DNA of 64,000 nt, from the NCBI GenBank assembly GCA_009845855.1, contig VXYT01000105.1, forward strand, positions 944 to 64,943, given 5' to 3'. The notes beneath the pieces were generated by a model, which had not been told where the DNA came from, searched no databases, and saw only the letters and a program-made list of their open reading frames with translations. The position numbers and the translations under genes are program-made. Within the stretch, counting starts at the first letter, position 1. Each line of letters begins with the position of its first letter. Shown piece after piece: positions 45,983-55,247 of this stretch. The DNA is from Candidatus Palauibacter ramosifaciens (lineage in GTDB: Bacteria > Gemmatimonadota > Gemmatimonadetes > Palauibacterales > Palauibacteraceae).

Positions 45983-46401
45983 GCGCGCCCTCGTCCCGCG
46001 AAGGTCGAATAGACCGCGATCATGACGGCGGCGACCGTCATCCCGACGCCGAGTTCGACGACGAGGATGCCGTAGTGCTGTCCCGTCGATGGATGCGCGG
46101 AGTTCAGGGCATCGTAGTCGAGGAAGTTCCCGCCCATGAGCATCGTCGCGACGCCGGTGCCCGCGTAGACGAGCACGCCGGTCGCGATGACCAGTTCGAT
46201 CATGCGGGCCGGGGCGACGCGGCGCACCGCGGTAAGCCCGAAGATGAGCCCGTAGAGAACGAAACCGGCCGCGAAGATCACGCCCGCCTGGAAGCCGCCC
46301 CCCGGTCCGTAGTCGCCGTGGAACTGCACGTAGAGGGCGAAGAGGAGGACGTACGGCAGCAGGAGCTTGCTGACCACGCGAAGAATCGTGTGATCGGTCA
46401 T
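45979..46401 (-). CDS. mrpB: Mrp antiporter subunit B (MnhB domain)
   Basis: 140 aa; true start MTDHTILRVVSKLLLPYVLLFALYV at 46401. Confidence 0.6.
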   Translation of the reverse strand: MTDHTILRVVSKLLLPYVLLFALYVQFHGDYGPGGGFQAGVIFAAGFVLYGLIFGLTAVRRVAPARMIELVIATGVLVYAGTGVATMLMGGNFLDYDALNSAHPSTGQHYGILVVELGVGMTVAAVMIAVYSTFAGRGRA

Positions 46402-46898
46402 CCCGCGTCCTCCCCTCCCCCGCCCGTGGGCCGGCGTTTGCGGCTCCCCCGCAGGAGAACCAGCACGGCGATGCCCGCCGTGAAGATCACGACCGTCTCG
46501 CCGAGCGTGTCGTAGCCCCGGTAGCTCGCCAGTACCGCCGTGACCACGTTCGGCACGTGGATGTCGTGCTCCGTGCGCTCGACGTAGGAGGGGTGCGGAT
46601 AGTTGCTGGCCGGAGCCTCCGGATCGCCGAAGTGCGGCATGTCCAGCGTCCCGTAGATCAGCGCCGCGCCGGTGACGGCGACGATGAGGAGCGGTAGCGC
46701 GGGCCGCCGGGCTGGGGCCTTCGCCTTGCGCGTCGTGAGCGCGAGCGTGGCGAGCGCGAGGATGGTAGAGATCCCGGCGCCGACCGAGGCCTCCGTGAAA
46801 GCGACGTCGGGGGCGTCGAGCAGGAGCATCCAGGAGGCGCCGAGGAAGCTGTAAATCCCCATCAGCATGACGGCGGCGAACAGGCCGCGCATGCGCAC
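46398..46898 (-). CDS. MrpA C-terminal-like / DUF4040-type membrane protein
   Basis: 166 aa; hydrophobic N-terminal helices then TAVLASYRGYDTLGETVVIFTAG, typical of the MnhB/MrpA C-terminal region. Confidence 0.5.
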   Translation of the reverse strand: MRMRGLFAAVMLMGIYSFLGASWMLLLDAPDVAFTEASVGAGISTILALATLALTTRKAKAPARRPALPLLIVAVTGAALIYGTLDMPHFGDPEAPASNYPHPSYVERTEHDIHVPNVVTAVLASYRGYDTLGETVVIFTAGIAVLVLLRGSRKRRPTGGGGEDAG

Positions 46899-46963
46899 GA
46901 CGGCGACCGCCGTCGCGCACAGGAGCGTGAGGAGCAGCGCCGTGACGACCTGGACCTCCAGGG

Positions 46964-47287
46964 CTACAAACTCGATGGCGCCTCCTCCGTCTCATCGACG
47001 TTCGGCTTGAGCCCCGCCTCGAGCGCGGCGTTGGCGAGGGCGTGCGTGGCCGTGGGGCTCGTGGTCCAGAGCAGGACGAGGATCGCGAGGAGCTTCACCG
47101 CCACGATCCAGTGAGGCGAGAGGAACATGAGCCCGGTCAGAATCAACCCCGCCCCCAGCGTGTCCGTGATCCCCGCCCCGTGGATGCGGCAGAAGAAATC
47201 GGGCAGACGGACGATTCCGATCCCACCGATGACCGCAAAGATCGCGCCGGCGATCACGAGTACCGAACTCACGATCTCGAGCGTCAT
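46964..47287 (-). CDS. mrpG: Mrp antiporter subunit G
   Basis: 107 aa; VIGGIGIVRLPDFFCRIHGAGITDTLGAGL is a MnhG signature. Confidence 0.7.
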   Translation of the reverse strand: MTLEIVSSVLVIAGAIFAVIGGIGIVRLPDFFCRIHGAGITDTLGAGLILTGLMFLSPHWIVAVKLLAILVLLWTTSPTATHALANAALEAGLKPNVDETEEAPSSL

Positions 47288-47565
47288 GACGTTCTCTCGC
47301 GGTCCGGGTCGGCGAAGTTCCCGTACTTGGAGAACCTCAGCACGGCGATGACGCCGATGAAGTTGATGAGGGCGTACACGAGTCCGAGATCGAGGAAGTC
47401 GGGCCGGTCGGTCACGAACCCGATCACGGCAATCAGGAGGACCGTTTTCGTGCCGAACATGTTCAGCGCGAGAATGCGGTCGAAGACGGTCGGCCCCTTC
47501 CCCGCCCGCACGAGCGCGAGCCCCATCGTGACGATGATCGCGGCGACGACGGCGGCGAGGATCAT
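47284..47565 (-). CDS. mrpF: Mrp antiporter subunit F
   Basis: 93 aa; start MILAAVV at 47565; GPTVFDRILALN is MnhF-like. Confidence 0.65.
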   Translation of the reverse strand: MILAAVVAAIIVTMGLALVRAGKGPTVFDRILALNMFGTKTVLLIAVIGFVTDRPDFLDLGLVYALINFIGVIAVLRFSKYGNFADPDRERTS

Positions 47566-48131
47566 CCGCGCCCCTCCACCCGCGCCACGCGGCGGTCCAT
47601 GTCGCCCGCGAGGACGCCCTCGGCCGCTTCCTCCGTGAGGGCGTGGACCGTGATGTGGTCGCCCTCCGTATCGATCGTCACGGTGCCAGGCGTGAGGGTG
47701 ATGGAGTTCGCGTATATGACCCGGCCGACGTCCGTGCGCTGGCCCGCCCGCACGCGGATCACGCGGGGACGGATCGGCAGGCCCGGCCTCACAATGCGCA
47801 GGGCGACATCGACGTTCGCCTTCACGATCTCGACGACGAGCCACGGCAGGTAGCGCGCCAGCCCCGCCGGGAGTTGGATCGGCAGCCCCTCGTCATCGAC
47901 GATCCGCATGCGGAGGGAAATGAAGACGACGAACGCCACCGACGCCGCACCCAGACCCAGGAGCAGCGGCTTGTCGAGATACCCCGACAGGAGGAGCCAC
48001 ACAGCCGCCAGGATGGTGACGAGACCGGCGGTGTACGTCACGGGTTCAGCGTGGCGGGTCGAGCGGCTGGCAGCATGTCGGCGCCCGGGCGTTGAGTGAA
48101 CGTTGTCGGCCCATGTGATCGAATCGACCAC
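47562..48131 (-). CDS. mrpE: Mrp antiporter subunit E
   Basis: MnhE-like motifs ...VDVALRIVRP...ITLTPGTV...; start probably internal (GTG/ATG downstream of 48131). Confidence 0.5.
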   Translation of the reverse strand: MVDSITWADNVHSTPGRRHAASRSTRHAEPVTYTAGLVTILAAVWLLLSGYLDKPLLLGLGAASVAFVVFISLRMRIVDDEGLPIQLPAGLARYLPWLVVEIVKANVDVALRIVRPGLPIRPRVIRVRAGQRTDVGRVIYANSITLTPGTVTIDTEGDHITVHALTEEAAEGVLAGDMDRRVARVEGRG

Positions 48132-48203
48132 AGAATGGCGAACGCGTCGCGCGGGCGCGAGGGGCTGCCGCAGGATCCGCCGCGGCGGTCGACGGCGGTC
48201 AGT

Positions 48204-48728
48204 CTACCACTGCGATTGCGCTCCGTCGACGATCTGCTGGACCAGGTTCTCGAGCGCGACGATCAGGGCCTGGTCTTCGGTTTCCGCTCCGGGTTCGTAC
48301 TCCCCCGTCCCGGTCAGGCTCTGATTGCCCCAGATGATAAGGTTCTCCGCCACATCGAGGATCTCCACGGAGACGCTGACGGTCACGCGACGCTGGAATA
48401 CATCCGCGCCCACCCCGCCGACGGCGTCGAAGTTGACGGCTTCATCGGCGTAGCGGCGGATCTGCGCCGTGATGACCGCGTCGGCTTCCCCTTCGGAGGC
48501 GAGTCGCAGACCCAGCCGCTGGCGCGCCGCCGTGAGGAGTTCGTCCATCAGGGACTCCGCGATGCCGAACTGCGTGCTCTCGTTCTCGATCGGGGCGACC
48601 CACACGGTGCGCATGTGGCTGGGCAACCCGCCGCCGCCGGAGAAGCCGTAGCACCCCGCCAGCACGGCGAGCATCGCGGTCGCGGCCATCGCTCCGGCGC
48701 GGAAGCGGCAGGACATAATGTTCCTCAT
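48204..48728 (-). CDS. LptE-like outer-membrane lipoprotein
   Basis: Lipobox LAGC; ~170 aa; weak resemblance to LptE/RlpB. Overlaps the upstream lipoprotein ORF in another frame. Confidence 0.4.
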   Translation of the reverse strand: MRNIMSCRFRAGAMAATAMLAVLAGCYGFSGGGGLPSHMRTVWVAPIENESTQFGIAESLMDELLTAARQRLGLRLASEGEADAVITAQIRRYADEAVNFDAVGGVGADVFQRRVTVSVSVEILDVAENLIIWGNQSLTGTGEYEPGAETEDQALIVALENLVQQIVDGAQSQW

Positions 48729-49380
48729 CGTATGGCTGTGATTGAGCTGTCGCGCTCACCAACTCCCAGAGTACCCCGCTCGAGTCGACGATGTCCCGAT
48801 ACCGGGCTTCCCGGGGCCACCGCCGATCGCTCCCCCATTCGAGTTCGATCCAGCGCTCGCGGCGGCCGGCCCGCCGCTCATCGAGTCGGGTGAGCCGTCC
48901 GTCGTCAAGATAATAGCTTCGCGTCGCGCCTCCTTCGACCGCGAACTCCAGGACGCGGGAGCCGGGGATCCCGTACCCCGCGGCGGGAGGCGTGTCGCCG
49001 GGTCGAAACACGCCCGCCATGGCGTACAGGAAGACGGTCGGGGGCAGCTCGACGTCCTCGAGGTCGCCCGATGTGGCCAGGACCCCGTCGACGAGGGTCG
49101 CCTGGAGGCTTCCCTCCCCCGTCGAGAAGAGGTCGAGACGAAAGCGGTCGGGAGGGTTCACCCGGGCCGCGCCATCGCCGCGGAAGCTTCCGCGCTCGCC
49201 GGCGTATTCCCACCGGAAGACGACGTGCATCGGTTGCTCCGCACCCGAGGTTGCGCGTGCCCGCCGCGCGACCTCCTCCGCATCCGGCATCGGAGCCCCG
49301 CGCTCGAAGCCGCCACCGCAGGCGGTAAGCGGCAGGAAGAGGAGGAGCCGCAGGACGCGGCGCGCGGGTGCGCGGTTCAT
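48442..49380 (-). CDS. LolB-like/DUF4292-like outer-membrane lipoprotein; C-terminus uncertain
   Basis: Lipobox LTAC after MNRAPARRVLRLLLFLPL. Credible sequence runs to about ...VLWELVSATAQSQP; the last ~95 codons overlap the LptE-like gene, so the 3' end is suspect. Confidence 0.4.
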   Translation of the reverse strand: MNRAPARRVLRLLLFLPLTACGGGFERGAPMPDAEEVARRARATSGAEQPMHVVFRWEYAGERGSFRGDGAARVNPPDRFRLDLFSTGEGSLQATLVDGVLATSGDLEDVELPPTVFLYAMAGVFRPGDTPPAAGYGIPGSRVLEFAVEGGATRSYYLDDGRLTRLDERRAGRRERWIELEWGSDRRWPREARYRDIVDSSGVLWELVSATAQSQPYDEEHYVLPLPRRSDGRDRDARRAGGVLRLLRRRRVAQPHAHRVGRPDREREHAVRHRGVPDGRTPHGGAPAAGSATRLRRGSRRGHHGADPPLRR

Positions 49381-49823
49381 CCGACGACCGGCGGGGCGGC
49401 GACGGCCGGGAGGGTCTCCAACTGCCGCTTCACGGCCTCCGGAAACCGGTGCGGACGGCCCCGCGCATCGGTACACACCAGGGCGGTGCGGGCGCGAGCG
49501 AGCGTCGCGTCGTCGGACGCGCGCGCGATCCGGTAGGCGAACACGATTTCCCGGCTCCGGACGCGTTCCACTCGGGTGTGAATCCGGATGAGTTCATCGT
49601 ACTCGACCGGGATCCGGTATTCGACTTCGACCCGGGACACCGGGAGCCAGAGGCCTCCGCGCTCGAGTTCCGCGTACGACACGCCGCGCTCGCGCATGAG
49701 CGTCGTGCGTCCGAGCTCGCACCACACGAGGTAGTGGCGGTGGTGCGCACGCCCCATCTGATCGGTCTCGGCATACCGTACGCGGACTTCCGTCGTTCCG
49801 ACTCCGCTTGCGCCTTCCATGCC
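49377..49823 (-). CDS. ybgC: 4HBT/YbgC-family acyl-CoA thioesterase
   Basis: VRVRYAETDQMGRAHHRHYLVWCE hotdog thioesterase motif. Confidence 0.65.
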   Translation of the reverse strand, partial: GMEGASGVGTTEVRVRYAETDQMGRAHHRHYLVWCELGRTTLMRERGVSYAELERGGLWLPVSRVEVEYRIPVEYDELIRIHTRVERVRSREIVFAYRIARASDDATLARARTALVCTDARGRPHRFPEAVKRQLETLPAVAAPPVVG

Positions 49824-49936
49824 CGCAATATGCTCCCGCGACGCACCGGGTGTCGAACTTTCTCCGGTCACGCGTTCGCCGCGGCCCGCCGTCGGGGGTT
49901 TGACGGGCCGCGCCCGGCGCGCCGAGCTTCGGCCTC

Positions 49937-50680
49937 ATGTCCGAACGCACCGTCGTCGTATCCGACATCCACCTTGGGGCCGTAGCCGAGCAGAACGCGC
50001 GCGCGTTCCTCGCCTTCCTCGAGGAGGCGGACCGCCGGGGCGACGAACTGCTCATCAACGGCGACCTGTTCGACTTCTGGTTCGAATACCGCCAGGTGAT
50101 CCCGCGGGGTCAACTCGACGTGCTCTCCCGCCTGCGGAGACTCGTGGAAGGCGGCATGCCGGTCCTCTTCATGGGGGGGAACCACGACGCGTGGGGGGGG
50201 AGTTTTCTCCGCGACGAGGTTGGAGTCGAGGTCCTCGAAGAGCCGGCGCTGCGACGCATCGCGGGTCGGCGCGCGTACATCGCGCATGGCGATGGACTCG
50301 GCCCCGCGGACCGGGGCTACCGGTTCCTGCGCCGGGCCGCCCGCAGTCCGGTGGGACGCGGACTCTTCAGGTGGGTCCACCCCGACCTCGGGCTCCCCCT
50401 CGCGCGGCTCGCCAGCGGCACGCGGCGGGCCCAGGAGGGCGGGGTCCGGAGCGAGTCGCCCCGGGCGTCGCTCCTCGCGCGGCACGCGGCTGAGGTGTTG
50501 GCCGACCGCGAAGATGTGGACCTCGTCGTGTTCGGACATTCGCACCGGCCGGAAGTCACCGAGCTCGCGCCGGGGAGGTTCTACCTCAACTCCGGGGACT
50601 GGCTCCATCACAACAGCTTCGCCGTCGTGACGCCGGAAGAGATCCGCCTGGAGTCGTACCCGGGGCCCGGCGAAGGCTGA
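49937..50680 (+). CDS. lpxH: UDP-2,3-diacylglucosamine hydrolase-like metallophosphoesterase
   Basis: VVSDIHLG...INGDLFDFWFE...GGNHD...HGD...FGHSH motifs. Confidence 0.6.
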   Translation: MSERTVVVSDIHLGAVAEQNARAFLAFLEEADRRGDELLINGDLFDFWFEYRQVIPRGQLDVLSRLRRLVEGGMPVLFMGGNHDAWGGSFLRDEVGVEVLEEPALRRIAGRRAYIAHGDGLGPADRGYRFLRRAARSPVGRGLFRWVHPDLGLPLARLASGTRRAQEGGVRSESPRASLLARHAAEVLADREDVDLVVFGHSHRPEVTELAPGRFYLNSGDWLHHNSFAVVTPEEIRLESYPGPGEG

Positions 50681-50710
50681 GTTCCGACGGCGGGAAGGTG
50701 TCGGCCCCCT

Positions 50711-51307
50711 TCAGGGGAAATCGACCTCGAAGCCGAGCGCCAGCCCGATGGAGCCATCTGCGGGCGGGCCGATCGACGGCTCGAAGTCCCAGAACTGCGT
50801 GGACACCCAGGCGTCGAGACCGCTCAGAAAGGCGAAAAAACCGGCGAGGACGATCCAGTTCTCCCTCTGCCCCGAGCGGTTGGAGATTCGCTCTTCGTTC
50901 AGCGGCAGCTCCTCCTTCGCCGCGGAGAGCCGGGCGTCCGATTTGAATACCATGAACAGGAAGACGGACTCCGCCGCGAAGTAGAAGGCGCCGCGAGCCG
51001 GGCGCCCGACCTCCAGTTGTCCCCAGCCCGGAAGGATCAGGGAGCGCCCGAAGGCACCGAGCGGGGAGATCGGCGGGCGCCGAATCGTCGTGTCGGCGAC
51101 AAGGCTCGTTTCGGCGACGGCGGAATCGGGCGCGGCCACGGGAAGCGGTGGATCCTGCGCCCGCAGCGGCGAGGGGCCCAGGGCCTGGCCGGCCAGAAGC
51201 ACGGTCACGAGCACGAAGGTGGCGGGAACGTGTGGGAATCGAACCCACCCGGGACGCGCGAACGCCCCGTAACGGTTTTGAAGACCGCAGGCGACACCAG
51301 TCACCAT
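50711..51307 (-). CDS. hypothetical secreted/membrane protein with PGWGQ motif
   Basis: N-terminal hydrophobic segment; LILPGWGQL motif and FFAFLSGLDAWV helix. Confidence 0.35.
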   Translation of the reverse strand: MVTGVACGLQNRYGAFARPGWVRFPHVPATFVLVTVLLAGQALGPSPLRAQDPPLPVAAPDSAVAETSLVADTTIRRPPISPLGAFGRSLILPGWGQLEVGRPARGAFYFAAESVFLFMVFKSDARLSAAKEELPLNEERISNRSGQRENWIVLAGFFAFLSGLDAWVSTQFWDFEPSIGPPADGSIGLALGFEVDFP

Positions 51308-51353
51308 CCGCTCCCGGTCATCCGCATCGTTCGTGGTTCATATCCGGCCGCCG

Positions 51354-51743
51354 TCACGCCGACCGGGCCCGCCCGATCACTTCGATCTCGACGCGGGCCC
51401 CCAGCGGAAGCGCGCGCACAGCGACCGTCGAGCGCGCGGGATACGGAGGCTCGAAGTGGCGGGCGTAGACCTCGTTCACCGCGCTGAAATCGCCCATGTC
51501 CGCGAGGAAGATCGTCGTCTTCACGACATCTCCGAAGGCGAGTCCGGCCTCGCCCAGCACGGCTGCGAGGTTCGTCATCACGCGCTCCGCCTGGGACACG
51601 ACATCCGGACCCACCAGCTCGCCGGTGGACGGGACCAACGCCACCTGCCCAGCGGAGTAGAACAACTCGCCGGCCCAGTAGCCCTGGGAGTACGGGCCGA
51701 CGGCGGCGGGTGCATGGTCGGTGTGGACCGGTCCGGTCTGCAT
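51354..51743 (-). CDS. ridA: RidA/YjgF-family enamine/imine deaminase
   Basis: 129 aa; APAAVGPYSQG...TTIFL.DM.DF..VNEVY...PARS.V.V..LP.GA.VEIE motifs. Confidence 0.8.
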   Translation of the reverse strand: MQTGPVHTDHAPAAVGPYSQGYWAGELFYSAGQVALVPSTGELVGPDVVSQAERVMTNLAAVLGEAGLAFGDVVKTTIFLADMGDFSAVNEVYARHFEPPYPARSTVAVRALPLGARVEIEVIGRARSA

Positions 51744-52010
51744 GCTGCAGGCTCCTTTCGAGGGCGGGCGATCAGCCGTCGCCACCGGGCATGACGCGGC
51801 GTATCCGCGGATCGCCGTTGCCTTGCATCGGATCGGTGGGAGCCGGTAACCTCGCCCATACGCCTCATCGCTGGAGGCGAGTCGTTGCGTTCGAACGCGT
51901 TCTGGCGGTCGGGCGAACATACTTCGATCCCCCGGAGAGCGCCAAAGATCGTGCCCGACGGCTCCGCCCGCCGTTCCGCCGCAAGACTCGCCCGCGATGC
52001 CATCTTTCGC

Positions 52011-52781
52011 ATGGCCTTCGCGGTCGAGTCGTATTTCAGGCTTTTTCTGCGCGTGGCGAGGGCCTGCCTGAGCCGGCCCTTCTACCGCGGCGACCTCGTA
52101 CAGCAGATGGACACGATCGGCGTCGCCTCGATCTTCATCGTCATGCTGACGGGCCTGTTCACAGGGATGGTGCTCGCCCTCCAGGCCGCCGTGGAGATGG
52201 AACGGTTCGGGGCGACGGTATACATCGGCCGCCTGGTGGGAGCTAGCACGATCCGCGAACTCGGCCCCGTGCTCACGGCGCTCATCGTCACGGGCCGCGC
52301 CGGGGCCGGCATGGCGGCGGCCCTGGGCGCGATGCGGGTCACGGAACAGGTAGACGCGCTCCGTACGATGGGCGTGGACCCGATCCGGAAACTCGTCGTG
52401 CCGCGTTTCCTGGCCGCGCTCGTGATGCTCCCCGTGGTTACGATCATCGGCGATGCCATCGCCATTCTGGGCGGCCTCCTCATCGCGGTGCTGACCCTGG
52501 ACTTCACGGCCCAGTTGTACATCAACTCCGTGTGGGAGACCCTCGCGCAGACCGGCTTCGTGCTCACGGTCATCCCCATCGACCTGATTCAGGGGCTGGC
52601 AAAGCCCTTCGCGTTCGGCGGGATCATCGCGCTCACGAGCTGCTTCCACGGCCTTCGGGCGGAGGGCGGCACGGAAGGCGTGGGACGCGCGACGACGCGA
52701 GCCGTGGTGACCTCGTCCATCCTCATCCTCGCGGTGGATTATTTCCTCACCCAGATCCTGCTCGTCATGTTCCAGTGGTGA
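52011..52781 (+). CDS. mlaE: phospholipid ABC transporter permease
   Basis: MlaE family: EQVDALRTMGVDPIRKLVVPRFLA motif and 5-6 TM helices. Confidence 0.8.
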   Translation: MAFAVESYFRLFLRVARACLSRPFYRGDLVQQMDTIGVASIFIVMLTGLFTGMVLALQAAVEMERFGATVYIGRLVGASTIRELGPVLTALIVTGRAGAGMAAALGAMRVTEQVDALRTMGVDPIRKLVVPRFLAALVMLPVVTIIGDAIAILGGLLIAVLTLDFTAQLYINSVWETLAQTGFVLTVIPIDLIQGLAKPFAFGGIIALTSCFHGLRAEGGTEGVGRATTRAVVTSSILILAVDYFLTQILLVMFQW

Positions 52782-52794
52782 GCGAGGATCCGAC

Positions 52795-53637
52795 GTGAAC
52801 GACCACGCGCCCCCCGGCGCGCCGGAGCCGGGAAGCGAGGCCTTCGAGGCGGAGCTGCGCGACGAGATTCGCCGCGAGCTGCAGACCCACGGAGACGGGT
52901 CCGCGCAATCCGAAATCGTCGAACTCCGGGATGTGTGGCTCTCGTTCGGAGATCACGAGGTGCTGCGCGGCGTCTCGCTCCGCGTCGCGCGGGGCGGGAC
53001 GTTGTGCATTCTCGGCGGATCCGGGGTCGGGAAGTCGACGATCCTGCGCCTCATGCTTCGGCTCCTCCTCCCCGACCGCGGCGAGGTTCTCATCGAGGGA
53101 CGCGACATCAGTGCGGTTTCGCGCCCGGAGGCTCTGGCCCTCCGGGAACGGATGGGGATGGTGTTCCAGGGATCGGCGCTCTTCGATTCCCTGAACGTGT
53201 TCGACAACGTGGCCTTCCCGCTCTACGAGCATACGAGGCTGGGAGATGGCGAAGTCCGGGACCGCGTCGAGGAGGTGCTGTCCTTCGTCGACCTCGACCC
53301 GACCATGGTTCTCCCCCTGCTCCCGTCCGCACTCTCCGGCGGCATGCGCAAACGCGTCGCCATCGCGCGGGCGATCGTGCACCGCCCCCCCATCCTCCTC
53401 TTCGACGAACCGACGAGCGGGCTCGACCCGATCACGACGCGGAGGATTGATGAGCTGATCCTGAAGCTGCGACGGGAACTTCATGTCTGCGTGGTCGTCG
53501 TGACCCACGATGTGCGGTCCGCGGCGAGAATCGCGACCGAGACCGCGCTCCTGAAGGACGGGAAGATTATCTTCAGCGGAACTCCGGAGGAGATGCACGC
53601 CACGGAAGACCGTTATGTTCGGGCCTTCCGGGGCTAA
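52795..53637 (+). CDS. mlaF: phospholipid ABC transporter ATP-binding protein
   Basis: Walker A GGSGVGKST; signature LSGGMRKRVAIARA; Walker B LLFDEPTSGLD. Confidence 0.85.
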   Translation: MNDHAPPGAPEPGSEAFEAELRDEIRRELQTHGDGSAQSEIVELRDVWLSFGDHEVLRGVSLRVARGGTLCILGGSGVGKSTILRLMLRLLLPDRGEVLIEGRDISAVSRPEALALRERMGMVFQGSALFDSLNVFDNVAFPLYEHTRLGDGEVRDRVEEVLSFVDLDPTMVLPLLPSALSGGMRKRVAIARAIVHRPPILLFDEPTSGLDPITTRRIDELILKLRRELHVCVVVVTHDVRSAARIATETALLKDGKIIFSGTPEEMHATEDRYVRAFRG

Positions 53638-53678
53638 CCGGGGGCTGCCAAACCGGTCAGACAGGGGACACAGGATAC

Positions 53679-54659
53679 ATGCGACGGTCGGAACCGATCA
53701 CCTGGGACCAGATGCGCGTGGGGTTCGTCCTCATCGTCTCTCTCGTCCTGCTCGCGTTGTGCGTGCTGCTCGTGGGCCGGATCGGGGACGTGTTCGGCGA
53801 GCGCTATCAGCTGGTGGCGTTGATGGAATCCGCTTCAGGGCTCCGTCCCGGCGCCCCCGTGCAGGTGGCCGGCCGGGGCGTCGGCCAGGTCGAGCGGGTG
53901 GAGTTCATTGCCCCGGAGGCGCGCGGCGACTCGGAGGCGGCGGTCGCGGTCTGGCTCGGGGTCAACGTGGACGTTCAAGAGCAGATCCGGCGTGGATCGA
54001 GAGCCCGCGTGCGGACGCAGGGACTGCTCGGCGACCGTCTCATCGACATCCAGCCAGGATCTCCCGACTCGGCAGTCCTTGTTCCGGGAGATACCATCGG
54101 CACGGCGCCAGCGCTGAGCTACGACGAACTCCTCGGCCAGGCGGCCGATGCCGTCCTCGGTCTCACGCAGCTCTCGAACGATCTGTCCGAGACGCTGGCC
54201 CGCGTCTCGAGCGGGGAGGGTTCGCTTGGGCGGCTCCTCGTCGATGAGGCGCTCTACGACGGCCTCGTCGACCTCAACGAGAATCTCGCCGCCGTGCTGG
54301 GACCGATCGCCGACGGAGAAGGCTCCTTCGCCCGCCTGCTCGAAGACCGGGAGTTTTACGACCGCCTCGTTTCCTCCACCGCCCGCTTCGACACGGTGAC
54401 GGCGGCGCTGGCGGCCGGTGAAGGGACGCTCGGACGTCTGTTGGCATCGGACTCCCTGTATCGTGCGGTCGCCTCATCCGCGACCCGGGCCAATGCCATC
54501 CTGGGCATCATCGAGAACGGCGAAGGGGCGGTCGGACAGCTCATCGGCGACGAGACGCTGTACGAGGAGTTTCTCAAGGTCGTGGTGGACCTGAACGCGT
54601 TCCTCGCCGAGGTGCGTGCCAACCCCGGCAAGTTCATTCCGTCGATCCGCGTCTTCTAG
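53679..54659 (+). CDS. mlaD: MCE-domain periplasmic substrate-binding component
   Basis: N-terminal TM anchor, MCE domain (GAPVQVAGRGVGQVERVE), then repeated LGRLL coiled-coil-like segments. Confidence 0.75.
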   Translation: MRRSEPITWDQMRVGFVLIVSLVLLALCVLLVGRIGDVFGERYQLVALMESASGLRPGAPVQVAGRGVGQVERVEFIAPEARGDSEAAVAVWLGVNVDVQEQIRRGSRARVRTQGLLGDRLIDIQPGSPDSAVLVPGDTIGTAPALSYDELLGQAADAVLGLTQLSNDLSETLARVSSGEGSLGRLLVDEALYDGLVDLNENLAAVLGPIADGEGSFARLLEDREFYDRLVSSTARFDTVTAALAAGEGTLGRLLASDSLYRAVASSATRANAILGIIENGEGAVGQLIGDETLYEEFLKVVVDLNAFLAEVRANPGKFIPSIRVF

Positions 54660-54664
54660 CCTTG

Positions 54665-55132
54665 CTAGAGGTCGTGCAGCGTCTCGAAATCGACGACCTC
54701 GAATTCGCGCGCGCCGGCGGGGAGCCTCACGCTCACGAGTTCGCCCTTCCTTCTCCCGAGGAGCGCCCGTCCGATGGGCGACTCCATCGAGATGTCGTTG
54801 TTCTCGATGTCGACGTCGTCGCCGATCGTGACGTTGAACGACTCGATCTCGTCGTCGTCCAGGTCGCGCACGGCAACTCTCGAGCCGAACCCGACCCGGT
54901 CCGTCGGGATGTTCTCGATATCGAGTTCTCCGAGCTGCGACATCCGGCGTGCCAGATAGTCGAGCCGCGCCCGTACGAAGCCCTGCCGTTCCAGGGCGGC
55001 CGTGTACTCGGAATTCTCCCGCAAATCGCCTTGGGCGACGGCCTTCTCGATCTCTTTCGGAAGGATGACGTTCAGCTCGTGGAGGAGCGTCTCCGCTTCG
55101 TCCCCGATCTTGCGCTGCAGTTCTTCGATCAT
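54665..55132 (-). CDS. greA: transcription elongation factor GreA
   Basis: GDLRENSEYTAA and GrfA C-terminal motifs; 155 aa; ATG at 55132. Confidence 0.85.
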   Translation of the reverse strand: MIEELQRKIGDEAETLLHELNVILPKEIEKAVAQGDLRENSEYTAALERQGFVRARLDYLARRMSQLGELDIENIPTDRVGFGSRVAVRDLDDDEIESFNVTIGDDVDIENNDISMESPIGRALLGRRKGELVSVRLPAGAREFEVVDFETLHDL

Positions 55133-55166
55133 CCGGAACCTCCTCGACCCGTCGACGGGTCGGCCG

Positions 55167-55206
55167 CAAAAAAAGCCGAGGCGCTCCCGGCAAGGGAGGC
55201 GCCCCG
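55167..55206 (-). terminator. intrinsic terminator downstream of tmRNA
   Basis: On the minus strand: GC-rich hairpin GGCGCCTCCC-TTGCC-GGGAGCGCC followed by CGGCTTTTTTTG. Confidence 0.5.
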
Positions 55207-55247
55207 GGCGGAGCACTGCCGGCGCGGGTCCGAGACCCTGCACCCGA

